Part shown: one piece after another, positions 24,872 to 33,496 of the stretch
Layout of the letters: each line of letters opens with the position of its first letter
How positions within the stretch are numbered: the first letter of the stretch is position 1
IMG/VR virus record: IMGVR_UViG_3300043707_000079
Coordinates: 1 to 46,895 of that record
DNA from: a virus
Taxonomy: Duplodnaviria > Caudoviricetes
DNA length: 46,895 nucleotides
Direction: 5' to 3' (one strand)
Program-made: the position numbers and the translations under genes
Notes under the pieces: model-generated
The model's database searches: none
What the model was told of the DNA's origin: nothing
The model's input: only the letters and a program-made list of their open reading frames with translations

Positions 24872-25498
24872 CTAAATCGTCCAGCGGCGGACGAGTTCGT
24901 CTACCTCAGATAGAAACTGTCGTATGTCGCATTCGTATCCCCTTATGAGTCCGTCATCCCGGTGTAACCGTTTAATGAATAGCTGCATGTGTCTCGGCAC
25001 GGTAGGGTTATAGGCAACAAAGTCGCACCACTGGCGCTCGGTGCAACTGAGCTCGAGGTTCATCTGATACAGGTATTCGTCCGGTATCACCTGGGTATCG
25101 AGAATGGTCAGGTGATTGATTCCCTGCAAGCACTTGATCTCGACGCAGCCGTCCGGGTCAACCAAGCCATCGGTTGAGGCGCCGAAGTTCGGTATCTCCG
25201 GATGGAAGGCGAAGCCTATCGGCGTGACCGTGTTTCCCGTAGCAAGCTCGTACTCAGCGGTTGCGAGCACCTGGCGCTCGTGCCCTTCGCGCATCTCCTG
25301 GGTCATCACATGGCGGTAGTTGTCGCCGAGCGTATTCACCCGCTCCCACCAGAGTTCGTACTTGTACTTACGGCGCCCCTCGGGCTCCTGGCCGTCTTTT
25401 CGCTTCTTCAGCATGTCCTCGCCGCGGCTCGATGAAGCACAGCCGCGTTTGAGTTGAAGCCACTCAGCCGTATTCTGCTCAACGTCCTCGATAATCAC
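24872..25498 (-). CDS. YqaJ / lambda-exonuclease family protein
   Basis: QNTAEWLQLKRG, GASTDGLV, VEIKC, YLYQ, WCDFVAY. Confidence 0.92.
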   Translation of the reverse strand: MIIEDVEQNTAEWLQLKRGCASSSRGEDMLKKRKDGQEPEGRRKYKYELWWERVNTLGDNYRHVMTQEMREGHERQVLATAEYELATGNTVTPIGFAFHPEIPNFGASTDGLVDPDGCVEIKCLQGINHLTILDTQVIPDEYLYQMNLELSCTERQWCDFVAYNPTVPRHMQLFIKRLHRDDGLIRGYECDIRQFLSEVDELVRRWTI

Positions 25499-26676
25499 AG
25501 GCCCGCCTCTTTCATCTCCCGCCGGCGGGCGTTACGCGCCTCGTAGAGCTGCTTCATGGCTTCGGTGTCCATGACATCCCTGGCGAGCGCGAAGGCGAGG
25601 TCGTACTGCTCGGCCAGTTCGTCCATAGTCGAGCAGTTGGCTATCCAGTCGAGTTTCTCCGAGAGGTTCTCGAGCGTACCCTTCGAGGGGATGCGGTTCG
25701 GGCTGTAGGGAGGCGCCGTCTGCTTTCCGCCGTTTCCGTTCGGCTTCTTCTGCTCCGCCACAGCTTTGTTGTTGGCGATAGCAGCATCCGCAGGCTTCGT
25801 TTCTGGTTGCGGCTTCGGAGCAGGTTGAGGCTTAGGCTCGGGAGCAGGTGCCGCAGCCGGCGCCGGCGCCGGGGGCTCGGCTATGTCTTCCATGTCCTGG
25901 GTGAAGATGCCGCTTGAGCGCGTGGCGGCAATGACCGCATCAATCTTCGCGCGCTTCTTCGCCATCTTGAGGATAGTGTTCTTGACATCCGCGATGTCCG
26001 GGTTCTCGGTGCGGCCGACCGTCTGGCGCACAATCGGGGGGTAGTTCTCATCGAACTTCGCGCCGCACCCGCCCTGCTTCTTGAAGCACAGCCAGCCGCC
26101 GCCGTATTCCTCCTTGCCCTTGATGATGGTTTCCTTCTGGCAGTTCGGGCACTTGCGCTTCCCGTCTCTCCAGCGGTACTTGGACTCGTACGAGTTGCAC
26201 GAGCCCATGCCCTCGCCGATTACTTCACCGGTCGAGCGGCGCACGAGAACGCAGGTGATCTCGTAGTCGAACAGGCCCTTGTCCCAGTCCTCGGTGCGGC
26301 GGATGCGGGTCTCAGGGTAGGTGTCGGCCATCCCGTAGAGCTCGCACAGCTTGTCGGCTCCGGGCTTCAGAAGCGTGTCCTGTCTGGTGCCGGGTATCAC
26401 GCCGTAGTCCTCGCCTTCCCTCAGGTAGAACTTGACGAACTGCTGGAACTCTTCAAGGCGCTTCTTCGCGGTCGCAAGGTCCATGACCGGATGCAGGTAC
26501 TCGAGCTCGGGCTTCGGCGCCGGAACGAGCTGGCCTCCAAGCCCATCAATCAATTCGCGCCGCCTCGACTCCGGTGTCACTTCCTGTATTTCGACGTGCG
26601 CCTGGCGCTTCTTGCGGGGTTGACGTTCTGCCGGCATATCTATATCCACCACTTGTCCTTCGGCCATCATCATCAT
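25495..26676 (-). CDS. Putative ssDNA-annealing / recombination protein with inserted zinc ribbon
   Basis: DYGVIPG...LLKPGADKL, NTILKMAKKRA, CPNC...CFKKQGGC; adjacent to YqaJ. Confidence 0.6.
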   Translation of the reverse strand: MMMMAEGQVVDIDMPAERQPRKKRQAHVEIQEVTPESRRRELIDGLGGQLVPAPKPELEYLHPVMDLATAKKRLEEFQQFVKFYLREGEDYGVIPGTRQDTLLKPGADKLCELYGMADTYPETRIRRTEDWDKGLFDYEITCVLVRRSTGEVIGEGMGSCNSYESKYRWRDGKRKCPNCQKETIIKGKEEYGGGWLCFKKQGGCGAKFDENYPPIVRQTVGRTENPDIADVKNTILKMAKKRAKIDAVIAATRSSGIFTQDMEDIAEPPAPAPAAAPAPEPKPQPAPKPQPETKPADAAIANNKAVAEQKKPNGNGGKQTAPPYSPNRIPSKGTLENLSEKLDWIANCSTMDELAEQYDLAFALARDVMDTEAMKQLYEARNARRREMKEAGL

Positions 26677-26834
26677 CGGGGTTCTCTCCTCGGGTTAGTG
26701 TCCCGTTTGGTAGTGCATTCTTCACAAAGGTCTAATTCGTCGCCTCTCGCGGTCTTGCAGCGGAGGCAGAGCTTCTGCTCGTCGCACCAGGCGCACCGCG
26801 TTGTCTTCCCCCAGCGCATGAAGGTGAGCATCAT
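26673..26834 (-). CDS. 53 aa Cys-rich peptide (not in ORF track)
   Basis: CAWC..CLRC..CEEC; ATGA coupling on both sides. Confidence 0.55.
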   Translation of the reverse strand: MMLTFMRWGKTTRCAWCDEQKLCLRCKTARGDELDLCEECTTKRDTNPRREPR

Positions 26835-26983
26835 TTCTTCACCAGTTCGACGCCGAGCGACGTGGCAATCAGGTCCTGCAATTTCTCGTTGAGTTCGGCT
26901 AGCTGCGCGGCGACTTCGGCTGTAAAGTTCACAGGTGGTCCATCGGGGTCATACGCCGCTTTGCGAATCTCATCGGCGGTCAT
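26831..26983 (-). CDS. 50 aa hypothetical protein (not in ORF track)
   Basis: MTADEIRKAAYDPDG; ATGA coupling. Confidence 0.55.
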   Translation of the reverse strand: MTADEIRKAAYDPDGPPVNFTAEVAAQLAELNEKLQDLIATSLGVELVKK

Positions 26984-27219
26984 TGCTCCCCCCCGAAGAC
27001 ATCACTCATGCCAGAGTAGAATCTGAAATTGTCTTCGGCTTCCTGCTCGAGGTGCCGCTTTGTGAGGCACTCCTCACATTCGGAATCGTGCCCGCACCAG
27101 TTTTCCGAGCAAATGCCGTGCGGACATAGGTCTGCCTCGCAGGTCTCGCAGGACCCGAAAGGCGCAATAATGTTGTCTTGGCTTTTGTTTCGCCCTATAG
27201 CAGTTCGGTCAAGTTCCAT
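26980..27219 (-). CDS. Cys-rich hypothetical protein
   Basis: 79 aa, multiple CxxC. Confidence 0.6.
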   Translation of the reverse strand: MELDRTAIGRNKSQDNIIAPFGSCETCEADLCPHGICSENWCGHDSECEECLTKRHLEQEAEDNFRFYSGMSDVFGGEQ

Positions 27220-27302
27220 GTCGCCAGTCCTTTACGGGCTGGCGGCTCCGGGCGATGAGGGGCGTTTTCGCTAGGCAACCGATTTAGCATCGGTTGTCTT
27301 GG

Positions 27303-27548
27303 CTAGGCAGTCGGTTGCTTTGACTCGACTTCTTCAAAAGCTGCAACCTTCTGCGACAACGCTTCCTCTTCGGCCCGGGCGGCCGCCAGGATGGTTTTTG
27401 CTACCTCGGTCATCGAAACGACCGCGAAGCGGTTAAAGCTCCAGTGAATCTTGTCAGCCGCCGCCCGAATCAGGTCAATCTGCTCGGAGCAGTCGAACCG
27501 GATCGGAATCCGCGGCAACTCTTCACTGCCTTTTGGTCTCTTGTACAT
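27303..27548 (-). CDS. Ribbon-helix-helix (Arc-like) regulator
   Basis: PRIPIRF strand followed by DLIRAAA...SFNRF helices; ATG 27548 just after the promoter. Confidence 0.65.
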   Translation of the reverse strand: MYKRPKGSEELPRIPIRFDCSEQIDLIRAAADKIHWSFNRFAVVSMTEVAKTILAAARAEEEALSQKVAAFEEVESKQPTA

Positions 27549-27586
27549 TACGGCCACACATTAAGTGACCGTAATGCACAAGTCAA
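27542..27586 (-). promoter_or_regulatory. Sigma70 promoter with an inverted-repeat operator around the -10
   Basis: TTGACT-17 bp-TAATGT; arms 27542-27557 and 27565-27580 (14/16 match). Confidence 0.75.
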
Positions 27587-27627
27587 GTATTATTTTGTCT
27601 GTATTGGTTTCCCATGGTCATGTCCTT

Positions 27628-28695
27628 TTAGGCGTTTAAACCCAACGTGTTAGCAATCTTCGAGAGAAATTGTTTCTTCTCCTCAAGCGACATTTCCACA
27701 GGGATGTTAATGTGGTACGGCAGCGCGAACGTACCCGCCGAACCCGTTGGTTTTTTGGGCGCTTCCGCTCTCCTCGGCCTTCCCAGGCGCTCGAGCGCAT
27801 CGCCCATGTTGTCCAGCCGGTTATAGGAGTACCGCTTGAGCATCTCCTTACCGACATGGCCGCAGATTTTTCGCACGGTTTCCTCAGCTACCATCGGGTC
27901 GCCGAGCAGGTCCGTAATCGCCGTCCGCCTGAGATCGTACATCTTGAGGCCATCGAGCTTGGCGGCCTTCACTACCTTCGCCCAGGCCGAGCGAAAGGTT
28001 CGCTGATGGCGGGTCGGATCGTATCTCTTCGTCCCGCGGATGCGGTAGGGAAAGATATAATGTTCTGGTTGGTTTGCCCCCAGTCTTTCGGCGCGCTGCA
28101 CTGCCAGTACCATCGCGCTCAGGGCCTCTTTATTTTTGAGCGGAATCGGCCGGATGCGTTCCGGCCTTTTTGCCCCTTCAGCCTGCACCATCATCAGCGG
28201 CGGCTGATCGTTAAGGAATACATCCATCAGCCGCAAGGTGAGCACTTCGCGCGGGCCGGCCGTCGTACCTACCGAAATCTGAGAGAACAGACACGCACCC
28301 TCCCAGTTCGGGTCAGAGGCAGACACGCGGAACAGGCGCTCCCTCTCGGCGAGCGTGATGATTCTCCCCGGCTGCCACTTGGGCAGTGGGAGCGGTTGGA
28401 AGTCGCCCTCGATCTTCGCCCAGTGCCCGATGCGCCTGAGCATCTGCTGAAGCGCCGAGGTCTCGTGGTTGATGGTGGACGCGCCGAGACCGTTTGCCTG
28501 GCGTTCCCGCTGGTATTTGCGAATGAGGTCAGAGGTTATTTCCGTGAGCTTTACGTCACGGAAAAACCGGTTCAGGGTCTTGATGTTGAGACGCAGTTCG
28601 TACAGCGTCTTTGCTTCTACGTGATTGCGGCGGGTCTCAAGCCAGGCCAGTGCGGCAGACTCGAAATCCAGATACATCCATTGGGATGTTTGCAA
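27628..28695 (-). CDS. int: Tyrosine recombinase / integrase (non-canonical box I)
   Basis: SAM-like N-domain, GAKR, YDLRR, CGH...RY; AGGAGG RBS before TTG. Confidence 0.9.
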   Translation of the reverse strand: MQTSQWMYLDFESAALAWLETRRNHVEAKTLYELRLNIKTLNRFFRDVKLTEITSDLIRKYQRERQANGLGASTINHETSALQQMLRRIGHWAKIEGDFQPLPLPKWQPGRIITLAERERLFRVSASDPNWEGACLFSQISVGTTAGPREVLTLRLMDVFLNDQPPLMMVQAEGAKRPERIRPIPLKNKEALSAMVLAVQRAERLGANQPEHYIFPYRIRGTKRYDPTRHQRTFRSAWAKVVKAAKLDGLKMYDLRRTAITDLLGDPMVAEETVRKICGHVGKEMLKRYSYNRLDNMGDALERLGRPRRAEAPKKPTGSAGTFALPYHINIPVEMSLEEKKQFLSKIANTLGLNA

Positions 28696-28930
28696 GAAGT
28701 CCTCCTTTACCCCATTGGAGGCACCTCACTTTCATCCCCCCTTCTCTCATGGCCCGGACAGTCAATTCGCTTTTTGGGCTGGTTGAATCAGGGTGGAATT
28801 TAAGCACAGGTGCCTTGTGAATTAGGTGTGGTTTTTTCAGATTTAACAACTTTTACCTTTCTTTACAGACCAGCAGAATAACGATTTTGTTGCCCTTCCG
28901 AGTTGTCAACTTTTCAAGCTGCTGGTGTCT

Positions 28931-28980
28931 TACGTGCCTGCACGTACGACTTGACAACGTGCAGGCACGTACTATACCAT
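28931..28980 (+). promoter_or_regulatory. Promoter with twin ACGTGC-N2-GCACGT operators
   Basis: TTGACA (28951)-18 bp-TACCAT; operators at 28932-28945 and 28957-28970 are inverted copies. Confidence 0.7.
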
Positions 28981-29049
28981 AAGTGAACCTGACGCTAGGT
29001 TTGTGATATTCTTGCCCTTAATTCCGTACGTGCGGAAGAGGGCAGGTTT

Positions 29050-29244
29050 ATGGACACCCGCGACATGGCAAGTCTCGGGGGCAAGGCCAGGGCCAAGGCT
29101 TTGACCCCGGAACAGCGCAGGGAAAGCGCATCAAAAGCCGGAAAGGCGAGCGCCAAAAAGAAGAAACAGTTAAAGAAGGAACTGGAGAAGCAGGCGAGGC
29201 AGAAAGAAACCGAAGAGACTAGAGCGAGGTCACGAAGGCAATGA
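29050..29244 (+). CDS. Small basic GGKARA (KGG-like) protein
   Basis: MASLGGKARAKALTPEQRRESASKAG. Confidence 0.75.
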   Translation: MDTRDMASLGGKARAKALTPEQRRESASKAGKASAKKKKQLKKELEKQARQKETEETRARSRRQ

Positions 29245-29393
29245 ACGCTCAGGAGATGGGCAGACTCGGCGGTAAAGCCAGGGCACGGAACCTCTCAGCC
29301 AAACGCATGAGCGAGATCGGCCGGATAGGCGGGATAAATTCCGGCTTCTCCAGGCGCAAGAAAGCGGCCAAGAAAAAGAAGAAAAGCTCTTAG
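29241..29393 (+). CDS. Second GGKARA (KGG-like) protein, 50 aa (not in ORF track)
   Basis: MNAQEMGRLGGKARARNLSAKRMSEIGRIGG; ATGA coupling. Confidence 0.7.
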   Translation: MNAQEMGRLGGKARARNLSAKRMSEIGRIGGINSGFSRRKKAAKKKKKSS

Positions 29394-29518
29394 CGCGCCG
29401 CCGGCGGCTGCATGGTCTTGTGCCGCCACCAGGACCACAGACCCCAGGCTATGGCTATCACTACGGCGCCGATCCCGCCGTCTTCCCACGCCGAAACTAA
29501 GTCGCAATTTGCGATCAT
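29390..29518 (-). CDS. 42 aa membrane peptide, holin candidate (not in ORF track)
   Basis: GAGGAGG RBS; GIGAVVIAIAWGLWSWWRHK; last gene of the late operon. Confidence 0.55.
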   Translation of the reverse strand: MIANCDLVSAWEDGGIGAVVIAIAWGLWSWWRHKTMQPPAAR

Positions 29519-29531
29519 CGAAAAATCCTCC

Positions 29532-32156
29532 TCATTGCAGCTTCACTATGAACACGTCGTACTTGCCGTTGGCCTTGCCCACGTTGGTAAAGGTTACCGT
29601 GCCGTTCTGCACCGTGCAGCCCACCGTTACGCACCACTTGGGATTGGCGGGGACGCCTTGACCGGGCGGTGCGGGGGCGCTTAGTCCTGCCGTCGTAACC
29701 TTGAACAGTTGCGCCTGATAGCTACCGGCAGCATCTATGCCGGGGCCGACATACTCGCCGACCTGGTAGTTGTAGTTGCCGTAAAACGGCATCCCGCACA
29801 GGGGCACGGGAGAGCCGTCATAGGCGCCTAGCGTACAGTTCCAATTAGAGTTGAACGCCCAGAACTGTCCATCCGATGAAAGCGAGCCTATTGATGCCCA
29901 CACGTTGAACGCGGTCGATACCATGGTGTTGTACGTATAAGCCTGACGGGTAACTCGATTGGTGCCGTCCGTCGCATAGCAGACCACTTCGCCAAACCAG
30001 GCAAAGGCCGGCGGCATCGACCAGCTGTCATTGCGGCTTAAATCATTGGGAGGGGTCGTATTGTCCACGCGGGTGCCGTAGCCTCCGACGGGATACGGCT
30101 GAGTGCAGGATGGAGTATGGTCCCCCGGCTGCGCCGAGACCCAGCTGTTGTGGTCGTCAAAGCCCACGTAGCGTATGGTCAGAGTTGGATTAGTACCTAA
30201 CGGCCCATAACAGGCAATCGGCTGGCAGTCAAAGCCCCGCACGTCGAAGTACTCGGAAATCGGCGGGGTAACTCCCGTGTCTGCGAGTTGCTGTATGTTC
30301 AATGCCCGGTACTGGTTAAAGTCGTAGTTGTTCAATGAGCGCGAGATGTGAGTGTCGATCCCGGGCACTTGGTGCCCGATGCGCTTTGCCTTCAACTGGG
30401 TGTAGGCATCGTAGAGCTTCGTGGTCCCGCTCATCCACATCCAGACATTGGTGTCATAGGACGCCCAGTAACAGGTGCCGTCGAGATGCACCAGGGCACA
30501 CCCCAGGTTACCGTTGCCCCCAAAGCTTATATAACTCCAGTGCCCGCCCTTCGAGCCGAAATTCTCGTGCATGGAAACCCCGTTGAGCGGGGCCACAAAC
30601 TGGTTCAGCACAAAGACATTTCCGAGGAACGTCTGAGTCAGAGTACCGCCCGCGCAGTTGTAAGCCGTCGAGCCTGTACAGGTGGTGTTATAGACGTTGC
30701 CGGTGCAGGAGTTAAGGTTTGAATAAGTATTGGTAGTCTTATCGTACCAGACCGCATAGCAGCCGCCAGCGGCGTCCTGGCCGCCGTGGTTGTTGAAGGT
30801 GCCCGAGTATTTGGTGTCGGTGTAGTCGACGTTGTTGCCGGCGTTCCAGTTGTAGCGCCCGCCCAGTTGCGGCGGTATCCACATGTCGCCCCAGGTGCAG
30901 CTTCCGTCTTGAATGACGACCTGCGAGAAGCTGGCATTGGCGGCAGGAACAATCTGTGTCCAGTCAGGCTGAGTGAGCCCCGTGGTGCAAGTGCCGGTGT
31001 TCACCAACTGAAAGCTGTGCTTGGTAGCCGAGTTTCCGGTCTGCGGGTAGATGTTCGCACCCGGCTGATAGGTGCCTGAGTGCCAGTCGGGGCAGGTTCC
31101 AGTCGAGCCGCCAATGTTGCCTGACGAAGCGGCATTCCAGCAGGGAATGGCAAGCGAGAAATCGGCAATGCGCGTAGAAGCCGTGGTCGTGACTCTCCCA
31201 TTCGTCAACGTGTAGGAGTCCACAAACGGCGCCGTGAATACGTAGACGATGTTCGGCGAGACGTAGGAAAAGCGCATGGCGCCCGAGGTCTTCCAGATGG
31301 CGTTGGTCTGGGTAATGACCCATCCGCCAGACTCGACGTTCGTCCGCACCTGCATGTTGACCGGGTCGAACCATTTGATCGAGTACCAGCCGGTGCAGGA
31401 TAGGGTGACGTAGTTCGAGTCGGTCGAAAAGACGTTGTGCTCGGCCGCGCCTCCCGGGCCAACCTGCACGTTCCCCTGCACATTGGTCGCGCACTTGGGC
31501 GTGTCGGTCGCGTCGGTGATCCGCACAAGCTGCGCGTTGTTATAGAAGGGCTCGACTATCTTGGTATTGATGCCAATCGAGTTGCCGCAGGCTATCATGC
31601 CCACTGGGTTAGTGGGGTCGCCCGTGTCGCCGGCCACACAGTGGTTCGGGCCGGCATCGGGAGGCACGTCAAGAGCGGGACCGGGATAGGTGCGGCGGAT
31701 ACCGTCGTCGCGCCCGCATTTGTAGATGGGCCAGCCGCACTGACCAGCCGGCGTAATCAGGATCGAGAGCGGTATGGTAGCGGTCGCGCTTAGGGCATCG
31801 GTGACCTGCAAGCTAAAGGTGCTCGTGCCGGCCGTCGGATTCGGGTTGGTAATGTTTGCTTGATTGGCGACGGTCGAGAGCGTTGCCCCGCCTAGCGAGC
31901 CGGAGGCTAGCGTCCAGGTGTAGGGCGTAGTCCCGCCGGTTGCGAAGATGGTGCAGGTGTAAGCGACGCCGGCGGTGCCGTTGTTACAGGCTTGCGTAGG
32001 AATGGACAGCGGAGTCGGAGGAGGTGGTGGTGCCTGCGTTATCTGGCAGGCGAGCGAGGACTGTCCGGTGAGCGTGGAGCTCGGGTTTAACTGAACGCAT
32101 CCCTGCTGCGCCCAGGCCATGCCCGAAAAGAGAAACAGCACTGCCACAAGTTTCAC
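29532..32156 (-). CDS. Large fibre/adhesin-like protein with signal peptide, Ig-like, propeller-like and CBM-like segments
   Basis: Start moved to GTG 32156 (MKLVAVLFLFSGMAWA-Q); He_PIG-like ATGGTTPYTW...FSLQVTD; many Cys. Confidence 0.75.
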   Translation of the reverse strand: MKLVAVLFLFSGMAWAQQGCVQLNPSSTLTGQSSLACQITQAPPPPPTPLSIPTQACNNGTAGVAYTCTIFATGGTTPYTWTLASGSLGGATLSTVANQANITNPNPTAGTSTFSLQVTDALSATATIPLSILITPAGQCGWPIYKCGRDDGIRRTYPGPALDVPPDAGPNHCVAGDTGDPTNPVGMIACGNSIGINTKIVEPFYNNAQLVRITDATDTPKCATNVQGNVQVGPGGAAEHNVFSTDSNYVTLSCTGWYSIKWFDPVNMQVRTNVESGGWVITQTNAIWKTSGAMRFSYVSPNIVYVFTAPFVDSYTLTNGRVTTTASTRIADFSLAIPCWNAASSGNIGGSTGTCPDWHSGTYQPGANIYPQTGNSATKHSFQLVNTGTCTTGLTQPDWTQIVPAANASFSQVVIQDGSCTWGDMWIPPQLGGRYNWNAGNNVDYTDTKYSGTFNNHGGQDAAGGCYAVWYDKTTNTYSNLNSCTGNVYNTTCTGSTAYNCAGGTLTQTFLGNVFVLNQFVAPLNGVSMHENFGSKGGHWSYISFGGNGNLGCALVHLDGTCYWASYDTNVWMWMSGTTKLYDAYTQLKAKRIGHQVPGIDTHISRSLNNYDFNQYRALNIQQLADTGVTPPISEYFDVRGFDCQPIACYGPLGTNPTLTIRYVGFDDHNSWVSAQPGDHTPSCTQPYPVGGYGTRVDNTTPPNDLSRNDSWSMPPAFAWFGEVVCYATDGTNRVTRQAYTYNTMVSTAFNVWASIGSLSSDGQFWAFNSNWNCTLGAYDGSPVPLCGMPFYGNYNYQVGEYVGPGIDAAGSYQAQLFKVTTAGLSAPAPPGQGVPANPKWCVTVGCTVQNGTVTFTNVGKANGKYDVFIVKLQ

Positions 32157-33496
32157 CTGATTACCTTGTACTGGACGGTGATCGACTGGGGCGTAACATC
32201 TGTGGCGCTTGAATTGGTGATAGTGGTCAGGATCGCCGAAGCATCGCTCTGAATCGACAGGAAGTAATTGAGCGCCCCGCCTGACCAGCCTGGGACCGTG
32301 GTGAGACCTACACTCGTGGCGCCGGTCGATCCAATCACGGTGTCGTTGTTGCTGAGACCCGCCACTATGGTGCGGATGAATCGTGATCCGTTCGCTGGCA
32401 CAACCGCCGTGCCGAGCACTATACTCCCCGCTGCTATGAGCTGGGGCGCGTTGCCCGTGCCGCCTGAAATGGTTATCGCGGTCGGCGAAGGCGTGATAGT
32501 GATGCCGGTTCCTGCCACAAGCGGCGGCGCTGCCCAGTAGTTCCCCGCGTAGTCCTGACACACCTTCGACATCTGCCATGGCGGGATACTTACGTTGGCA
32601 GTCCCACCGTTCAACTGGCTCGGAGACTGCAACGCCAACTGAAACGCGCCCGTAGTATTGGTAGGCATGACCCAGTCGCACCAGCTCGTCGTCAGGAGCG
32701 TGTTAGGCAGCGTGTAATTGAAGTTCGACATGTTCTGGGTGTTGTTCAGGAGAATCAGGTGCCCCATGTCGCCGACATTCGCCGCCCGCCCTCCGATAGT
32801 TACCAGCGGCACGCGCAACTCGATGGCGCTCGAATCACCGTAGAAATTCGTTAAAGCACTGACATTGCCGCTGATAGTCACCTGGGTTCCTGCGGTCGGC
32901 GAGGTAATGTCGGCCGCCACTATCGAGCCGTTCGGCGTCTGCACCAGACCGCCTAATTGGGTGCCGGAAGCTATCGTAAGATTGCCGCCTTGTGTGGTGC
33001 CGGCGTTGACTTGGACCATGCCGGCAACATAGTTACCCGCATCCTGGGTAGTTATGTGGGTGCCGCACGTTGGATTTGCCGCGCAGTTCAAGATGCCCGT
33101 GCCTCCGAATCGCTTGGACATCTGACCGATGGAACCAACGCCCGAATAAACCGTCGCAATCCAGACATTGCGGGCATCTTGTCCACTGTTACGGGTAAAG
33201 GTGATTACGCAATCGACGGCTGCCGGAACGTTCAGCAAGTACCAGCCGCTGGTTGAGGTCGAAGGAGTAGTGGGCTGCCAGTCGTTCGAGTGTCCGCAAT
33301 TATCCTGTACAAAGCCAGCTTTCGTGTCGTTGTAAGCCCAGAAGACCACCGTATCGCCGGCATTGAGATGAAGCGAGGTCGGCGCCGTGCAGGCAAACTG
33401 GGCCTGTACAGGTTGCGAGCAGGTTACCGTCTGCCCGCGGGTGATGGCAGCAGCAGGCAAGGCAGCCACAAACAGGAGCAGTATGAGTTTTTTCAT
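32153..33496 (-). CDS. Fibre-like protein with signal peptide
   Basis: MKKLILLLFVAALPAAA; Thr/Gly-rich; LVAGTGITIT motif. Confidence 0.75.
   Translation of the reverse strand: MKKLILLLFVAALPAAAITRGQTVTCSQPVQAQFACTAPTSLHLNAGDTVVFWAYNDTKAGFVQDNCGHSNDWQPTTPSTSTSGWYLLNVPAAVDCVITFTRNSGQDARNVWIATVYSGVGSIGQMSKRFGGTGILNCAANPTCGTHITTQDAGNYVAGMVQVNAGTTQGGNLTIASGTQLGGLVQTPNGSIVAADITSPTAGTQVTISGNVSALTNFYGDSSAIELRVPLVTIGGRAANVGDMGHLILLNNTQNMSNFNYTLPNTLLTTSWCDWVMPTNTTGAFQLALQSPSQLNGGTANVSIPPWQMSKVCQDYAGNYWAAPPLVAGTGITITPSPTAITISGGTGNAPQLIAAGSIVLGTAVVPANGSRFIRTIVAGLSNNDTVIGSTGATSVGLTTVPGWSGGALNYFLSIQSDASAILTTITNSSATDVTPQSITVQYKVIR

Noticed and set aside
27670-28803. 377 aa plus-strand ORF and other long antisense ORFs (395-1135, 6899-7576, 45078-45956)
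   Set aside because: Antisense shadows of high-GC genes with no motifs or RBS.
28700-28930. attP or tRNA fragment next to the integrase
   Set aside because: AT-rich, but no tRNA 3'-end or clear core and arm repeats could be identified.
32157-32681. N-terminal extension of the 1049 aa ORF
   Set aside because: It is a shadow frame of 32153-33496; GTG 32156 gives a clean signal peptide.
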